Source: Rhina ancylostomus
Taxonomy: Eukaryota
Assembly: GCA_030265395.1 (NCBI GenBank)
Contig: JARFYF010000054.1
Span: forward strand, 16,390,107 to 16,454,106
Length of the DNA stretch: 64,000 nucleotides
Direction of reading: 5' to 3'
Both the position numbers and the translations under genes were made by a program. The notes below the pieces were generated by a model, which saw only the letters and a list, made by a program, of their open reading frames with translations, did not search any database and was not told where the DNA came from. This document shows, piece after piece, positions 13,650 through 24,999 of this stretch (the first letter of the stretch is position 1; the number at the start of each line of letters is the position of its first letter).

Positions 13650-14050
13650 ACTTTCTGATGGATTCGGCAATGATAGTGTCATTGAACATCAAGGAGAAAT
13701 GGTTGGGTTCACCCTTGCTGAAGTTGTCCATTGTCTGGTATTTGTGTGGTGCAAATGTTACTTTTACTACATTAGTCAGACCCCAAATGTTGTCCAGGCC
13801 TCACTACATGTGCGTGCAGAGAAATTCATGTCTCAGGAGTTGGGAATGCAAATGAATAGGGTTTATCAATCAGCTTTGAACAATTTTCTGATAATGAACA
13901 AAAGGTCATTTGATGTACCAGCCGAAGATGCTTCATCTCAGCAAACTGCTCTAAGAAATGCCTTTAATAACGTCTTGGGATTGACATTATTGTCCTCAAA
14001 CAATCACAATCACCTTCCTTTGTGCAAGATGTTCCAGCAAGTTAAGGATT
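13650..14050 (-). mobile_element. Decayed LINE reverse transcriptase fragment
   Basis: Degenerate reverse-strand similarity to the PQGS..INDL..FADD region of CR1/L2-clade RT. Confidence 0.45.
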
Positions 14051-15062
14051 CACTGACCCCTCCTCCTGCTGGTGGTAGACAATTAAATAACAAAGAATAG
14101 GGACACTGACTCAACTATAATAAAGCCCACCTGTCCCAGCAGGAATTACTGGCAGACCCCATTTGAATATAATTGCCTGTTATGTTTCTATTTTTTTTTG
14201 CAAACTTTCATCTGAAATACAATACCAACCACAAATATTTTTAATAAAACAGTGGGGTGTGTTGGGGAAGAAGGAAATAAATATGCAGTTATTAATCAAC
14301 ACTATAATCATCAGCTGCAAGTTTCTTGTTATGGAATGAAAATCTGAAAACATGCACCCCTGAAAACTTGGATGCAAGACAACTCACGATAACTCAGACA
14401 TATTATTGTATGTCAGATTCCAATGCTTAAATATTTCCTTTGATATTATTACCTTATTCCTTCCTTCCTTCTCCTGTCCTACAGGCACAATCAATGACTA
14501 AAGATGCAGTAAAAAAAATACAATGCCCATTTCCAGTACCCAGTTCCTAACCCAGACCAATGCATGCAATGTCTGGAAGAAACCTGTATCTTCCCAAAAA
14601 CCAGTGAATCATTGTGGTTATATATCCACGAAAATATATCCACCAAAATATCCAAATTCCAGCAGGATAAGTTTATTACAAAATTTATAGAATATTTCTG
14701 GAAAGTAGCAGGGTAGCAAAGGAAATTCATAGTCATGGCACCTTCATTACACATTCAAGCATAATGAATAATAAAAATTATTTTTAATTGAAGCTTAGTA
14801 GAATTAATCCTACCTGCAGAAGGAAACCTCCCATCATCTGATCACTTAATGGTATCAAATAAATGTTAAAAATCCCAAATAAACTTTGCACTGTAATTTC
14901 AGGTGAAGAATACAGCAGGGTGGGAGCAGTGAAAATCAACAAAAAGGTAGAAGAGAGAAAAAGCAAAATGCTTTTTTAAAAAATGACAAAATACACTTTT
15001 TGTGTCAACATAAGACCACAAAGATTACTTTATCAACACGACAAAGGAACTCATAAACATAC

Positions 15063-15368
15063 CTATTTGGTTTCTAACCGACTTTCCCTTCTCCACTTCT
15101 TCGGCTACTTTTACCTTGGAGAAAGTCATTACTGAGGTGTTGTCCTTCTCCACATTTTCATCACTTCTGTTATCATGTTCATTTTCCTCCTCTTCCTCCT
15201 CGCCACTATCACCTTCTCCTAAATCATCCATGCCTTCTGTGAATTCCTCAAAGTCTTTGATATTTTCAAAGTCAAATTTGCTTTCATTCACAGGTTCTTT
15301 GTTATTCACTTCCTCAATATCTTCATCCTCTGTGCTTTCTACATTGTCAGTCATTTCCTCCTCTTCAT
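15063..15368 (-). CDS. AATF: AATF coding exon 3 (acidic region)
   Basis: Acceptor TGTTAG|AT, then acidic tract ...DFEEFTEGMDDLG...VMTFSKVKVAEEVEKGKSVRNQI; donor G|GTATGT. 306 nt. Confidence 0.94.
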
Positions 15369-16450
15369 CTAACAATTATGAACATAAAACATTGTAAGTT
15401 TTAAACAGCTTTAATATGTCATGCTTTTCCCTACTTGTTTAACAAATATTATATACCTCAGAAACATTTTTATATGCATATTGAAAGGGTATTTGAAATA
15501 ATCCAGAATTTCCATTCAGAAGTTTAGACTGCATAACCTAATGGGAATTCCCTTCAGCTTTAAGGCCTTGCTAAAACTGGAAGGTGAGACCACTGCTCTA
15601 CAATACCTTAAGCTGGCAGCCTTCATACAATTTAATTCTTCATCAACCATGCAAACTGAAACAATAAGATTAATCAGATGACTCAATTTGGTAGGAACCC
15701 TGCTGCCAGGTTAAATTGTTACATGGTGAATGCAAATTTTCAAAATGTAGTAGGCTGCCATGAATATAATTCATAGTCATTGCTACCAAATATTTCAAGT
15801 AAACACTGACAGTGTGAATTATCCAGTATGCAAGGTGGAATTCAATGGGATTCATAACTTTCTCTGATTTTTTTTTGTATATTTCCAAAAGCAAGACATT
15901 TGGACAAACTCCAAAAGACAAAGTCATGAGTTGTACAGTCTTGTGACAAACAGTTATTTAATAAAGAATAAATTCACAGGAACAGATTCCGGTCACTTTT
16001 AAAGTAATATTAACCAAGGAATTCCAAGGCATTTTGATATTTACAAATATTGCAATAATTGTAATTCAACGAAATGTCTGCTGCTTCCTTCAGTGAGTGT
16101 TCAACTCCCTGTTCTGCGTTATAAATAAAATTTAAACTTCACAGATTTAACATCTGCACCAATTACATATTATAGAATCCTAATGCAGCCCATTACATAA
16201 AAATCTGCATTTCAAACCCATACTATTATTGCTAAAAACAGAAAGAAAATGTGAAAACAATTACTATATTTTTAACTGAATCCCACTTGATTAAAGATCT
16301 TTTTGCAGTTTGCTTTTCAAGCTAGGAAATGGAGAGTAACAACAAAAAATCAATTGCTTTTCCATCAGCATTTGATAATATGAAGCATACAAGTGAACAC
16401 GTTTACTAGAATTACTTATAACTATGAAAATGCTAAGGAATATCTCCTAC

Positions 16451-16633
16451 CTGATGCGTCAGAGTAAGAATCCTCTCTGGCCTCTTCTTGCAATGCTTTT
16501 CGAGTGGTCGCCTTCCCAACATACCTCCTGTCTGTATCACATAGCAAAGCTGATGCCTGTTTCCGCAGTTTACTGTCAAATGTGAGGTTATCGTCTCCCT
16601 CATTGAATCTGTCAATGACTTTGGCAATGGTTG
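16451..16633 (-). CDS. AATF: AATF coding exon 2
   Basis: Acceptor CTGCAG|CA, then (A)TIAKVIDRFNEGDDNLTFDSKLRKQASALLCDTDRRYVGKATTRKAL; donor G|GTAGGA. 183 nt, phase 1-1. Not shown in this frame in the ORF track. Confidence 0.93.
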
Positions 16634-16889
16634 CTGCAGAGGAAAGAGAAAAGTTTAGTCCAAGAAAGCACCTAGTTTTAACGTTAATATGGCAATAGCT
16701 GCAGTCAATTCACCACATGAGAGTGCATGTATTTCAGTGTAAAATGGTTCTATAATATTCTTTTAATAGAACAATTTACAGTTATGTTTGCTGCCACACT
16801 GCTGAACTTGACATTTTGAGTGTGGGTGGGTTGCTTCCTACCTGTACTCTATTCTCCATTAATACCTTGCTATAGGACTACCATACAAA

Positions 16890-18700
16890 AGCAAAATATT
16901 ACAGACTTACTTGAAACGCAAACTGTTTTGCTCCCTACATCTGCTGCCTGACCTGTTGAGTGCTTACAGCATTTCCTATTTCTATTGCATGGGGCAAGTG
17001 TGTTTGTTTCACCTCCACATTCAGACGATACAGTTAATCAAAAGAAATACCAAATAAAAATTAATGCCAGAAGTCTAAAATAACAGCAGAAAGAGCTAGA
17101 AATACTCAGCAAGTCAAATTGGAGTTTTTCCTTCCAGAGATACAAAGATATTTTAGCTCAAAGACGTTTCATTAACAGTGGGGGGAAAAGTGGAGAAAAA
17201 AATTTTTTTTTTTTGTTTTACATGCAGAGAAGGAGGAGGGGAGAGAAACAAAATGAAATACCTGTGATAGAGTAGGCAAGAGCAATCAGGTGACAGAAGG
17301 GATGATAGTGCAGAGTAATAGAAGCTCAGGGGAAGTTAAAATGCAGAACAATCATATGACATCAAAGGAATTAAGAAGTAACACTGGGAAACTACAATAA
17401 AAATGATGTTGATTTGAAATTGTTGACTCAATGTTGAGTCTGGAAAGGTGTACGATGCCCAGTCAGAAGACGAGGTGCAGTTATGAGCTTCCATTGAGTT
17501 TGGCTGGAACATTGTAGGGGGATGAGGATTGAGGGGTTAGAGTGGGAATGAGGAGGAGAAGTAAAATGACCAAGAGCTCAGGGTCATGACTATACACCAG
17601 ACGGTGGGTGTCTGCAGGAAGGGCACTCAACCTGCATTTGATCCCACAAGGTGTGGAAGGCCATGTGACGAGCATTGAATTCAGTGCAGTAAATGAAAGT
17701 AGCACAAGTGGACCACTGCTTCACCTGGAGCCTTGAATGGTGTGGAGGGAAGAGGTAAAAGAGTAGGTTTTGCACTTCTTATAGTTACGTGCGGAGATGT
17801 TTCTGAAAAAGGAGTGGATACTGGTGGAGATAGAAAAGTGACCTAGAGTATCTGGCAGATAATATTCCCTCTGGGATGCTGAGGAGAAGATGTATTTGTC
17901 TTTATCACAAGATGTGTTGGAAGTGAAGAATAGTGGGCCACAAAGGGAGGTCAAGAGGAATCCCAAGCAAAAAAAAACCTGCTGGAGGATTTCGGTGGGT
18001 CAAGCAGCATCTGTGGGAGGAAAAGGAATTATCAATGCTTCAGGTCAAAATCCTGCATCAGGACTGATTCCAGCACCTGCAGATTCCAGCACCTGCAGTC
18101 TCTTGTGTCTCCAAGAGGAATCCTACCCTGGTTCAAGGAATTAGCAGAATGGGAGAAGAGCAAAGGTGTAGGAAATGGAATGGACATGGTCAAAGATCCT
18201 ATTCTTGCTCTGAACCCAAGTTTCAACACCTTCGCTGCCAACTTCTACCCTGCTCTCACTTTCACATGATCCACCCATGACAATGCCTTTGCCTTCTTTT
18301 ACTTCTTTTTGTGTTTTGAGGATATGGTAGCAATCACTGACTCCAAGCACTACTTTAACTGCTTTCTGTAAGGACTCAATTGCATTCCCTCAGCTTCTTC
18401 ACCTCCACAATAGATGAAGGGAATCCATGGTTGAAAGAAAAGGAAGACTGGCAATGGAAGGTAGCAACATCAGATCAAATGTTATGGAAATGGAGAAACT
18501 AATGGAATGGAGACAGGACAAGAAGCCAGGTGGGAGGAAGTACAGTGAAGGTAGCTAGTGGCAATCACCCATTCTAAGAGGTCCCCAAAAAAAGAAATAA
18601 AAGGGAAGGGAATAGCCAGAGGCAGATCATGTGGGAAGTAAGAACAGAGATGGAAGTTGGCAGCAAAGGTGTTGAAATTTGAATTTAGGATGAATTCCAG
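16890..18700 (-). mobile_element. Decayed Penelope-like element (GIY-YIG endonuclease + RT fragments + terminal repeats)
   Basis: Minus-strand remnants CKTYSFTSSLHTIQG / QVKQWSTC..IYC and LQCSSQTQWKL..HLVF*LG..LNIE.NNF resemble a Penelope GIY-YIG domain. FNTFAANFH resembles the Penelope RT (FASNFHP). Flanking ctggagga..cagcatctg terminal repeats. Confidence 0.75.
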
Positions 18701-19050
18701 GAAAAGATACAGGAGCTTGAAAGCCTGGACAACCAGATTCAAGATCTGCTTCTTCCCCAGTGCTATCAGACTTCTGAACTAATCATGCCCTTTCACATCC
18801 CTTTCCCTGTGGTGCTGCCACATTCTCAAACTCTTTAATTCCATCTCTGCTGTTATTGTCACTTAGCGTTTTTTTTGTACAACATCGGTTTGCACTATTA
18901 CACTTTACACCATTCTGTCGTTTTTGCACTGATCTATGTATTTACTGTTGTATTTATTATTACCACGTATACTGTCTGTTCTGTGAACTTCATACGAGCA
19001 ATAAAATTCATTGCACCCTGGTGTACGGCAATAACTAATCTAATCTAATT
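18700..19050 (+). mobile_element. Rex/Babar-type LINE 3' end
   Basis: acaaccagattcaag..cttcttccccagtgctatcagacttctgaac (TTRFK..FFPSAIRLLN) and a tail ending caataactaatctaatct. Confidence 0.65.
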
Positions 19051-21839
19051 TGCAAAATCAGCAGAAATACAGATATCAATGCAATAGAAAAAAAGATGAG
19101 GCAGAAATTCCAAGCAGGCCTGAAATTGAAATATTCAGCACATCCCACAAAGCTTCAGGTGTAGTTTGGATCTAATATGGATTCCTACAGCAACACCTTC
19201 GATACGATTTGTATGGGAATCCAATCAATTTAAAAGGGAATAATTAATTTAGCACCTTACTAAAATATACTTGGAACAGTACCCTAAATACAAACACAAT
19301 AGGACAATGTACCAATTATGTTTATTAAAGTTCCTTTCAATTTTCTACAGATGTTAAAATGTTCACTGTCAATTTAGTTTGTGATGGAAGACAATACATC
19401 TCAGTGCTCAGCCTGCAACCAATGCTTGAACAGACTCATAAAATCAGACAACTGTCTTTTTTTTTCTGTACCCTTTTGAGAATTTTGTGACATTGTGGGT
19501 GCCACTGGTGGCCTAATCGCAAATGGGAAAGTACTGTTCACAGGCATGATCTGGTTGGCTGCAGCAAGTATAATAGGTCAAGCTACAACTAGCATTGTGA
19601 TAGTAGACGTGGTGTGGTTTATGCAAAATGGGTTTCCTGATGTTTAGGTACATAAAGTTGCTGAGAGTAGCTCTGCCTACTTCAAATTGTACCAATCACG
19701 AACTGTAGAAATGATAGAATAACATGAAAACATTGCCAGAGCTGAGGTTCAGAAATAGCATTCAAATAAATTTAGATGATGCAAGTAAGCAAGCAGTGCC
19801 CGTAAAGCTTCCTAAAATATATAATTTTAATATTAAAAATGTTATCTATAATTTCTCAACAGCAAGTGGTTATCTGTCATATTCGGGAATCATAAGCCTA
19901 TTAAATGCCATCATGTATGAAAGCAAAAATAACTTGACTATGATGAATTATTGCATCTCCTATAATTATTGATGGGTATATATGAAGTAGCCAGTAAAAC
20001 ATATAGTACATACATGTGATAACGGAGCTGCATCAAATCAATGAAAATACAAACAGAAATTTAACTTTGAATTCAGCAAGTTAGATTAAATTAGCTCCTG
20101 ACTTCTACAAACTATGTAGACTGTACTTGACTAAAATAATCCTTTCGCTGAAAATCCAAAACTTGCCAGGAAGAAGTTATGAATCCTCAAAATAATCTTA
20201 AAAATTAAGACGAGAAGAAATTAAAGAAAAAGGTGAAGATTTTCAATCACTCATACAAGGTCAAACAGAAAAGCTATGAACACAAGAGCAAAGAGCTGTC
20301 CTTCACATTTTTCAGAAGGCTAATTTGTACTGTCCCTCAAGACTTTAAATGAAACAGTCCAAAAACTTGACCACAAAATACAACCAGGCAGAGCCATCTT
20401 GCCATTAAGAGCTGAGTGTGCTAACACCAAGGAGGGATGGATCAAGATGGAGAAACACAGGGAAAACTGTTAACAGAAAGCTGTTTAAAATTAAAGTGCG
20501 AGAAACTGACGTACACCGCAGGTGAAAAATGAGTTCCGATTAGGTTTAATTTAATATTCAAAACCTTGCAATCAAATATTCTGTTTATGGAAGAATAAAA
20601 ATTCCATTTATCACATTTTGTCAGCACCATTGTTAACACAAAGGGCACTTTAGTCCCTCCCATCTCCTTATTGAAAGTGCCTTCCAAATCTCTCCAGAGA
20701 ATTTGGTCCACCATCATGAAAATCACATTAGTGGAAATTACAGTTAGAAATTATGACCTGGCACAGCCCCAACTGTCCTATATTTTCATTATATATTGAA
20801 GCTAGTTTAATTCTTTTAGCTCTGTGATCCACTGGTACTATAAATATTGTAAAATATGCAACCAGAAACACATGGCTTTAATGCCAAGCAGAAATAGACT
20901 TTCCACCTTTAACTCATCTCAAATTTAATGTGGAAATGGTTTGATCAACTAAACACAAAAGAGTGCCAATGAATCAGGCAACTTGGGGTAAAACGCAAGA
21001 ACTCTGATAAATCTAATTCTCTTAAAAGTGCTACTAACTCTCTGGTGAATTATTGAGGGAGAGTGTCACTGTGGGGGGTGACATTGTTCACATGGGACAT
21101 TAAGCCAAGTATGCCCTCTCAGCTCAGCACAGAAGATGCAATCACATTACTGGAAGAAAAGCCAAGAAGCTCTCTCAGCACCTCAGCTAATTAAAAATCT
21201 CAACCAAAACAGTTTAATTGGATGTTATTCTCACTCTTGTAAGAGGCCTAGCTGTACATAAATTTTCTGCTTTGTCTCCCAATATTACAACATAAATAAT
21301 TAATTGGCTCCAAAGCCTATGGATGCCCCAGGACTTGATGGCACATCATAGAAGAAAGTTACTTTTATTCTTTCATTTTGTGAAATAGAGAAAATTTAAA
21401 CTTTTACTTAAATAGGAAGGCTCTGAAATAAAAAAATTAACAGTATGTACTGGCACATTTATAAAATTAGAAATTTATCTATATGGTCAAATAAATCTAA
21501 AATTTTGCACAACTGGTAGGGTTTAGCTGTAAACAACCATTTGCCTATTTTACTACAATACATTTCAACATCAGAGTACAACAAAATTAACCCATCCTCA
21601 AGATTGATAACACTGGAATTCTGTGCAAATGAAGCAATATCCAACCATTCCTATTAAAGGTTGGATATTTTCTTTCACATACAATGAATATCTAAGTGCT
21701 TCTCCACTGATTTTTTTTCTTCCTGAGGTACAAGCAGCAGCTAGTTTTTTTATAAAGCTAGGTTCTACAAACAACAATGGGATTAATGACCGATTGATCA
21801 AATTTGGTTGAAAACGGAAATGATAGAGTTGAAAAAGAT

Positions 21840-22170
21840 TCTCATATTCTCTAGCCTGCCCCACCATTTAATATGATCATGGCTGATTTATGCTGGCCTC
21901 TTCTATGCCAGTTCCCCATAAACCCCAATTCCTTAACCTTTCAAATATTTGTCCATCTCCACCTTAAATATATCTAATAAGCTCGCCTTTACTACCCTCT
22001 GACTTTCTGCACACCTCAGTTTTAGCAACATCCCCTTGTTCGTGACTCTCCACTAGTGAAAATATCTCAACATCTACCCTGTCAAGACCCTCATATATTT
22101 GAATAAGGTCACCCCTCTTCTAAACTACAAGAAATACAAACACAAACTCCCTGGCCTCTTGAGATCATGT
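21840..22170 (-). mobile_element. CR1 LINE 3' fragment
   Basis: agcctgccccaccatttaatatgatcatggctgat is the reverse complement of the CR1 tail also seen at 2600 and 45150. Confidence 0.7.
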
Positions 22171-22564
22171 CTCAAAATACTAGCACCTCCAACAATGTAG
22201 CACTCTTAAAGCCTTAAAGGTGTCAAAAGTAATTTCTGTACTTTTGACATGACAGCTCGAACCCAGGGAAAATGACACCTTAAAATAATGCTACTTAGAA
22301 AAGTGCTGTGTGATGCATATGATTTGGTCCAATGCTGACCCTCTGAATTCTAATTCAGGTTAGTAACCAATGCCATGAAGTTATAACAAGAGCAAAGAGA
22401 ATGTGTATATAAGTCAAAAGAATATTTTTTAAAAATCTGTTTCTTTTTTAAATATACAGAACTTTAAAATGCCCTGAGTTAAAATCTGTGTACAAGCTTG
22501 GTTTCTGCATTTGGTGAGTGGCATTGAGACTTTGGAAAGGATGTTAAGGGCTACCACAAAGTTA

Positions 22565-22745
22565 AAGCAGAACACTGAAGCAGCTGGAAATCCGAAATAA
22601 AATAGAAAATGCTAAAATTACTCAATAGATCAGCTAGCATCAGTGAAACAGAGTTAGCATTTGAGGACCAAAAATGTTAACACTGGCTCTTTCTCTACAT
22701 ATGCTGCCAGACTTGCTAAGCATTGTTGTCATTTTCTGTTTTACT
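22565..22745. mobile_element. Penelope-type terminal-repeat fold-back remnant
   Basis: gctggaaatccgaaataaaatagaaaatgct... followed by its inverted counterpart ...tgctgccagacttgctaagcatt..cattttctgttt. Confidence 0.6.
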
Positions 22746-23299
22746 ACAAAGTTGAAGCATCTTAGGTACAATGATAAACTTAAAAAAAAGTTTTAAAGAT
22801 AATTTTATCAAGATGATGATGGGAGCAGACTACTTATGTAGATGCTTTCTTTTAACAAGATAAGCTATGGAAAATGAGGAGTCAACCTCAGGTTGTGAAG
22901 AGCCTAGACTAGTTTTCATCATCAATAGGACATCATTAGGTAATTTTTCCTGATTCCTGGGCCTAAATTACCTGTTTCCCCCTTTCAATGTGACAAACAA
23001 TGAACTCTACAGAATAGTACATGGTCATAGTGATACAAATGCTTCCCCCCACAATCCTATCAACCTTTTTAGCCCCTTCTAAAAATATTGAAAACATAGA
23101 AAGACCAGTTTTTAAGTAAACAATGCATATCCAAGTAGAAGTGAAGAGGAAAAGTTATGATGTACTTTATCTTTGCACTGATAATAAACTAGCTGTAATT
23201 TAAGGATCAACTTGACCCCGGAGCAAAGTAAAATGAGATTTCCTGAAATGTGGTGTCATTCTGCTTTGGTTTCCACTGCAAAAATAAATCTAGAGCAGG

Positions 23300-23645
23300 G
23301 TTACAGGCAGCAGAGCAGTTTAGAAGGTAGTGCTGATGTCTGACAGTTTCAGTAACCCAGGTACAATCCTAACTTCGAGCAGTGTCTGTGTGCATTTTGT
23401 ATGTTTTCCCTGTGACTGCATGGGTTTCCCCCATATGCTCCAGATTCCTCCTACCTACCAAGAATGTGCTGGTGGGTCACTTGGTTATTGTAAATTGCCC
23501 CTGGTATAGGTAGGTGATCTACCCATGGAAAATCAGGGTGGAGGTGTTGGGCATCAGAGAAACAATAGATTACAGGAAAATAAGGAATGGGATTTCTCCA
23601 AGAGCTGGCATAGAATTGATGGACTGAATGGCCTCCCTCTGATCA
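23300..23645 (+). mobile_element. HE1/V-SINE-like element
   Basis: V-domain-like gtgtctgtgtgcattttgtatgttttccctgtgactgcatgggtttcc..tgctccag.ttcctcc, then tgtaaattgccc, and a CR1-derived tail gatggactgaatggcctccctctg. Confidence 0.8.
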
Positions 23646-23893
23646 CAAGGAAAAATGAAACATGAAGGATATAGTATGAAGAGATGCCAAAATTCAGATC
23701 TTATTGGAAAGTCCCCAAGGAATATTTCAATAGGTGATTCAAATAGGCCTAAAACTTTCAGTGTTATGTCAGAAGAATTCAAAAAGCTGAGCAACTTTTA
23801 TAAGCTCAATTTAAAAGTGAGTTTTCTTGCTATCTGCTTCAGAACTGTTCACCAATCCTAGAATCGTTACATTACTTAGTGTCCACTTTTGAT
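23626..23893 (+). repeat. Left arm of ~270 bp inverted duplication
   Basis: Aligns by eye with the reverse complement of 24679-24955, e.g. taagctcaatttaaaagtga.ttttcttgctatctgcttcaga. Confidence 0.9.
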
Positions 23894-23999
23894 TGATAAT
23901 GCTCCCATGAAATGCCATGATATTTGTTTAAACCAGTCGAAGGCGTAAATAATTATATATTGTTATTGTAAACACCAAAATAAAACAGAGAGGGCAGGC

Positions 24000-24230
24000 A
24001 TGAGAGACTGCAGATGCTGGAATCTGAAGCAACAACTGGAGGAATTCAGCAAGTGAAGCAGCATCTGTGGGAGGAAAGGAACTGTTGACATTTCAGGTCA
24101 AAACCCTGCACGGACAGGTTGGGTGAATGATAGATCATCAATGTGAAATATTAATCGCTTCTATCTTCTTAAATGCCTGTTGAATGTTTCTAACATTCTC
24201 TCTTACTTCAGGATTCCAGCAGTTAATGTA
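24000..24230. mobile_element. Penelope-type terminal-repeat fold-back remnant
   Basis: gagactgcagatgctggaatctg..ctggaggaattcagc..gcagcatctgtgg..gacatttcaggtcaaaaccctgca, followed by an inverted degenerate copy ending gattccagca. Confidence 0.7.
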
Positions 24231-24365
24231 TTTTTGTACACTAAAAACCCATCTATATGTTTTACTGCTCACATTTGGACCTGGTTCTTTTGATAGGTGG
24301 GATTACTCCACAGTTCCAGCCAGGTAATATTAATGCTGGGTGGGAACCAGCAGCAACATTATAAA

Positions 24366-24657
24366 GCAACACACAAAAAGCTGGAGGAGCTCAGCAGGTC
24401 AGGCAGCATCTATAGAAGATAATGGACAGTCCATAAATGATGGTGCAACACATAAAGCACTGGAGGAACTCAGTGGGTCAGGTAGAATGTACAGAAGGAA
24501 ATGTTCAGTCAACATTTCTGGTGGAGACCCTTCATCTGGACTGCCTCAACCCAAAACATCGACTGTCCATTTCCCTCCATGGGTGCTGCCTCACCTGCTG
24601 AGTTCCTCCAGTATTTTGTGCGTTGCTCCAGATTCCAGCATCTGCAGTCCCTTGTGT
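24366..24657. mobile_element. Penelope-type terminal-repeat insertion (tandem + inverted copies) with 15-bp target-site duplication
   Basis: Flanked by cagcaacattaTaaa (24351-24365) and cagcaacattaCaaa (24658-24672). Two forward copies are followed by one inverted copy of the repeat. Confidence 0.75.
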
Positions 24658-24678
24658 CAGCAACATTACAAATGCAAG

Positions 24679-24955
24679 ATCAAGAGCAGATGCTAAATAA
24701 TGTAATGATTTTAGGATTGGTTGCTGAACAGCTCTGAAGCAGATAGCAAGAAAAATCACTTTTAAATTGAGCTTAACTGGACATAGAACTTGGTCAGCTT
24801 TCATAATTCTTCTGACATAACAGAAGAAAGTTTTAGGCCTACTTGAATTATTCAAATATTCCTTTGGCACCTTCTCATTAAGATCTGAATTCTGACATCT
24901 CTTCACACTATGCAGTTATGTCTCATTTCTCCTTGTGATCAGAGAGAGGCCGTTC
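24679..24955 (-). repeat. Right arm of ~270 bp inverted duplication
   Basis: Reverse complement of 23626-23893. Paralogous ORF-track peptides MKRCQNSDL...KLNLKV.FLAICFR appear on opposite strands. Confidence 0.9.
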
Positions 24956-24999
24956 AAAAATCTGTCCACAGGATTGCAGCAGGCTTTGGAGAATGAACA

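Noticed and set aside
13618-14100. 160-aa plus-strand ORF
   Set aside because: Lies antisense over a decayed LINE RT fragment; no splice or homology support.
15116-15397. Ser-rich plus-strand ORF
   Set aside because: Antisense shadow of the acidic AATF exon 3.
23655-24906. Paralogous peptides MKRCQNSDL... on opposite strands suggesting a duplicated small gene
   Set aside because: Frameshifts between the copies and no known domain; they only reflect the non-coding inverted duplication.
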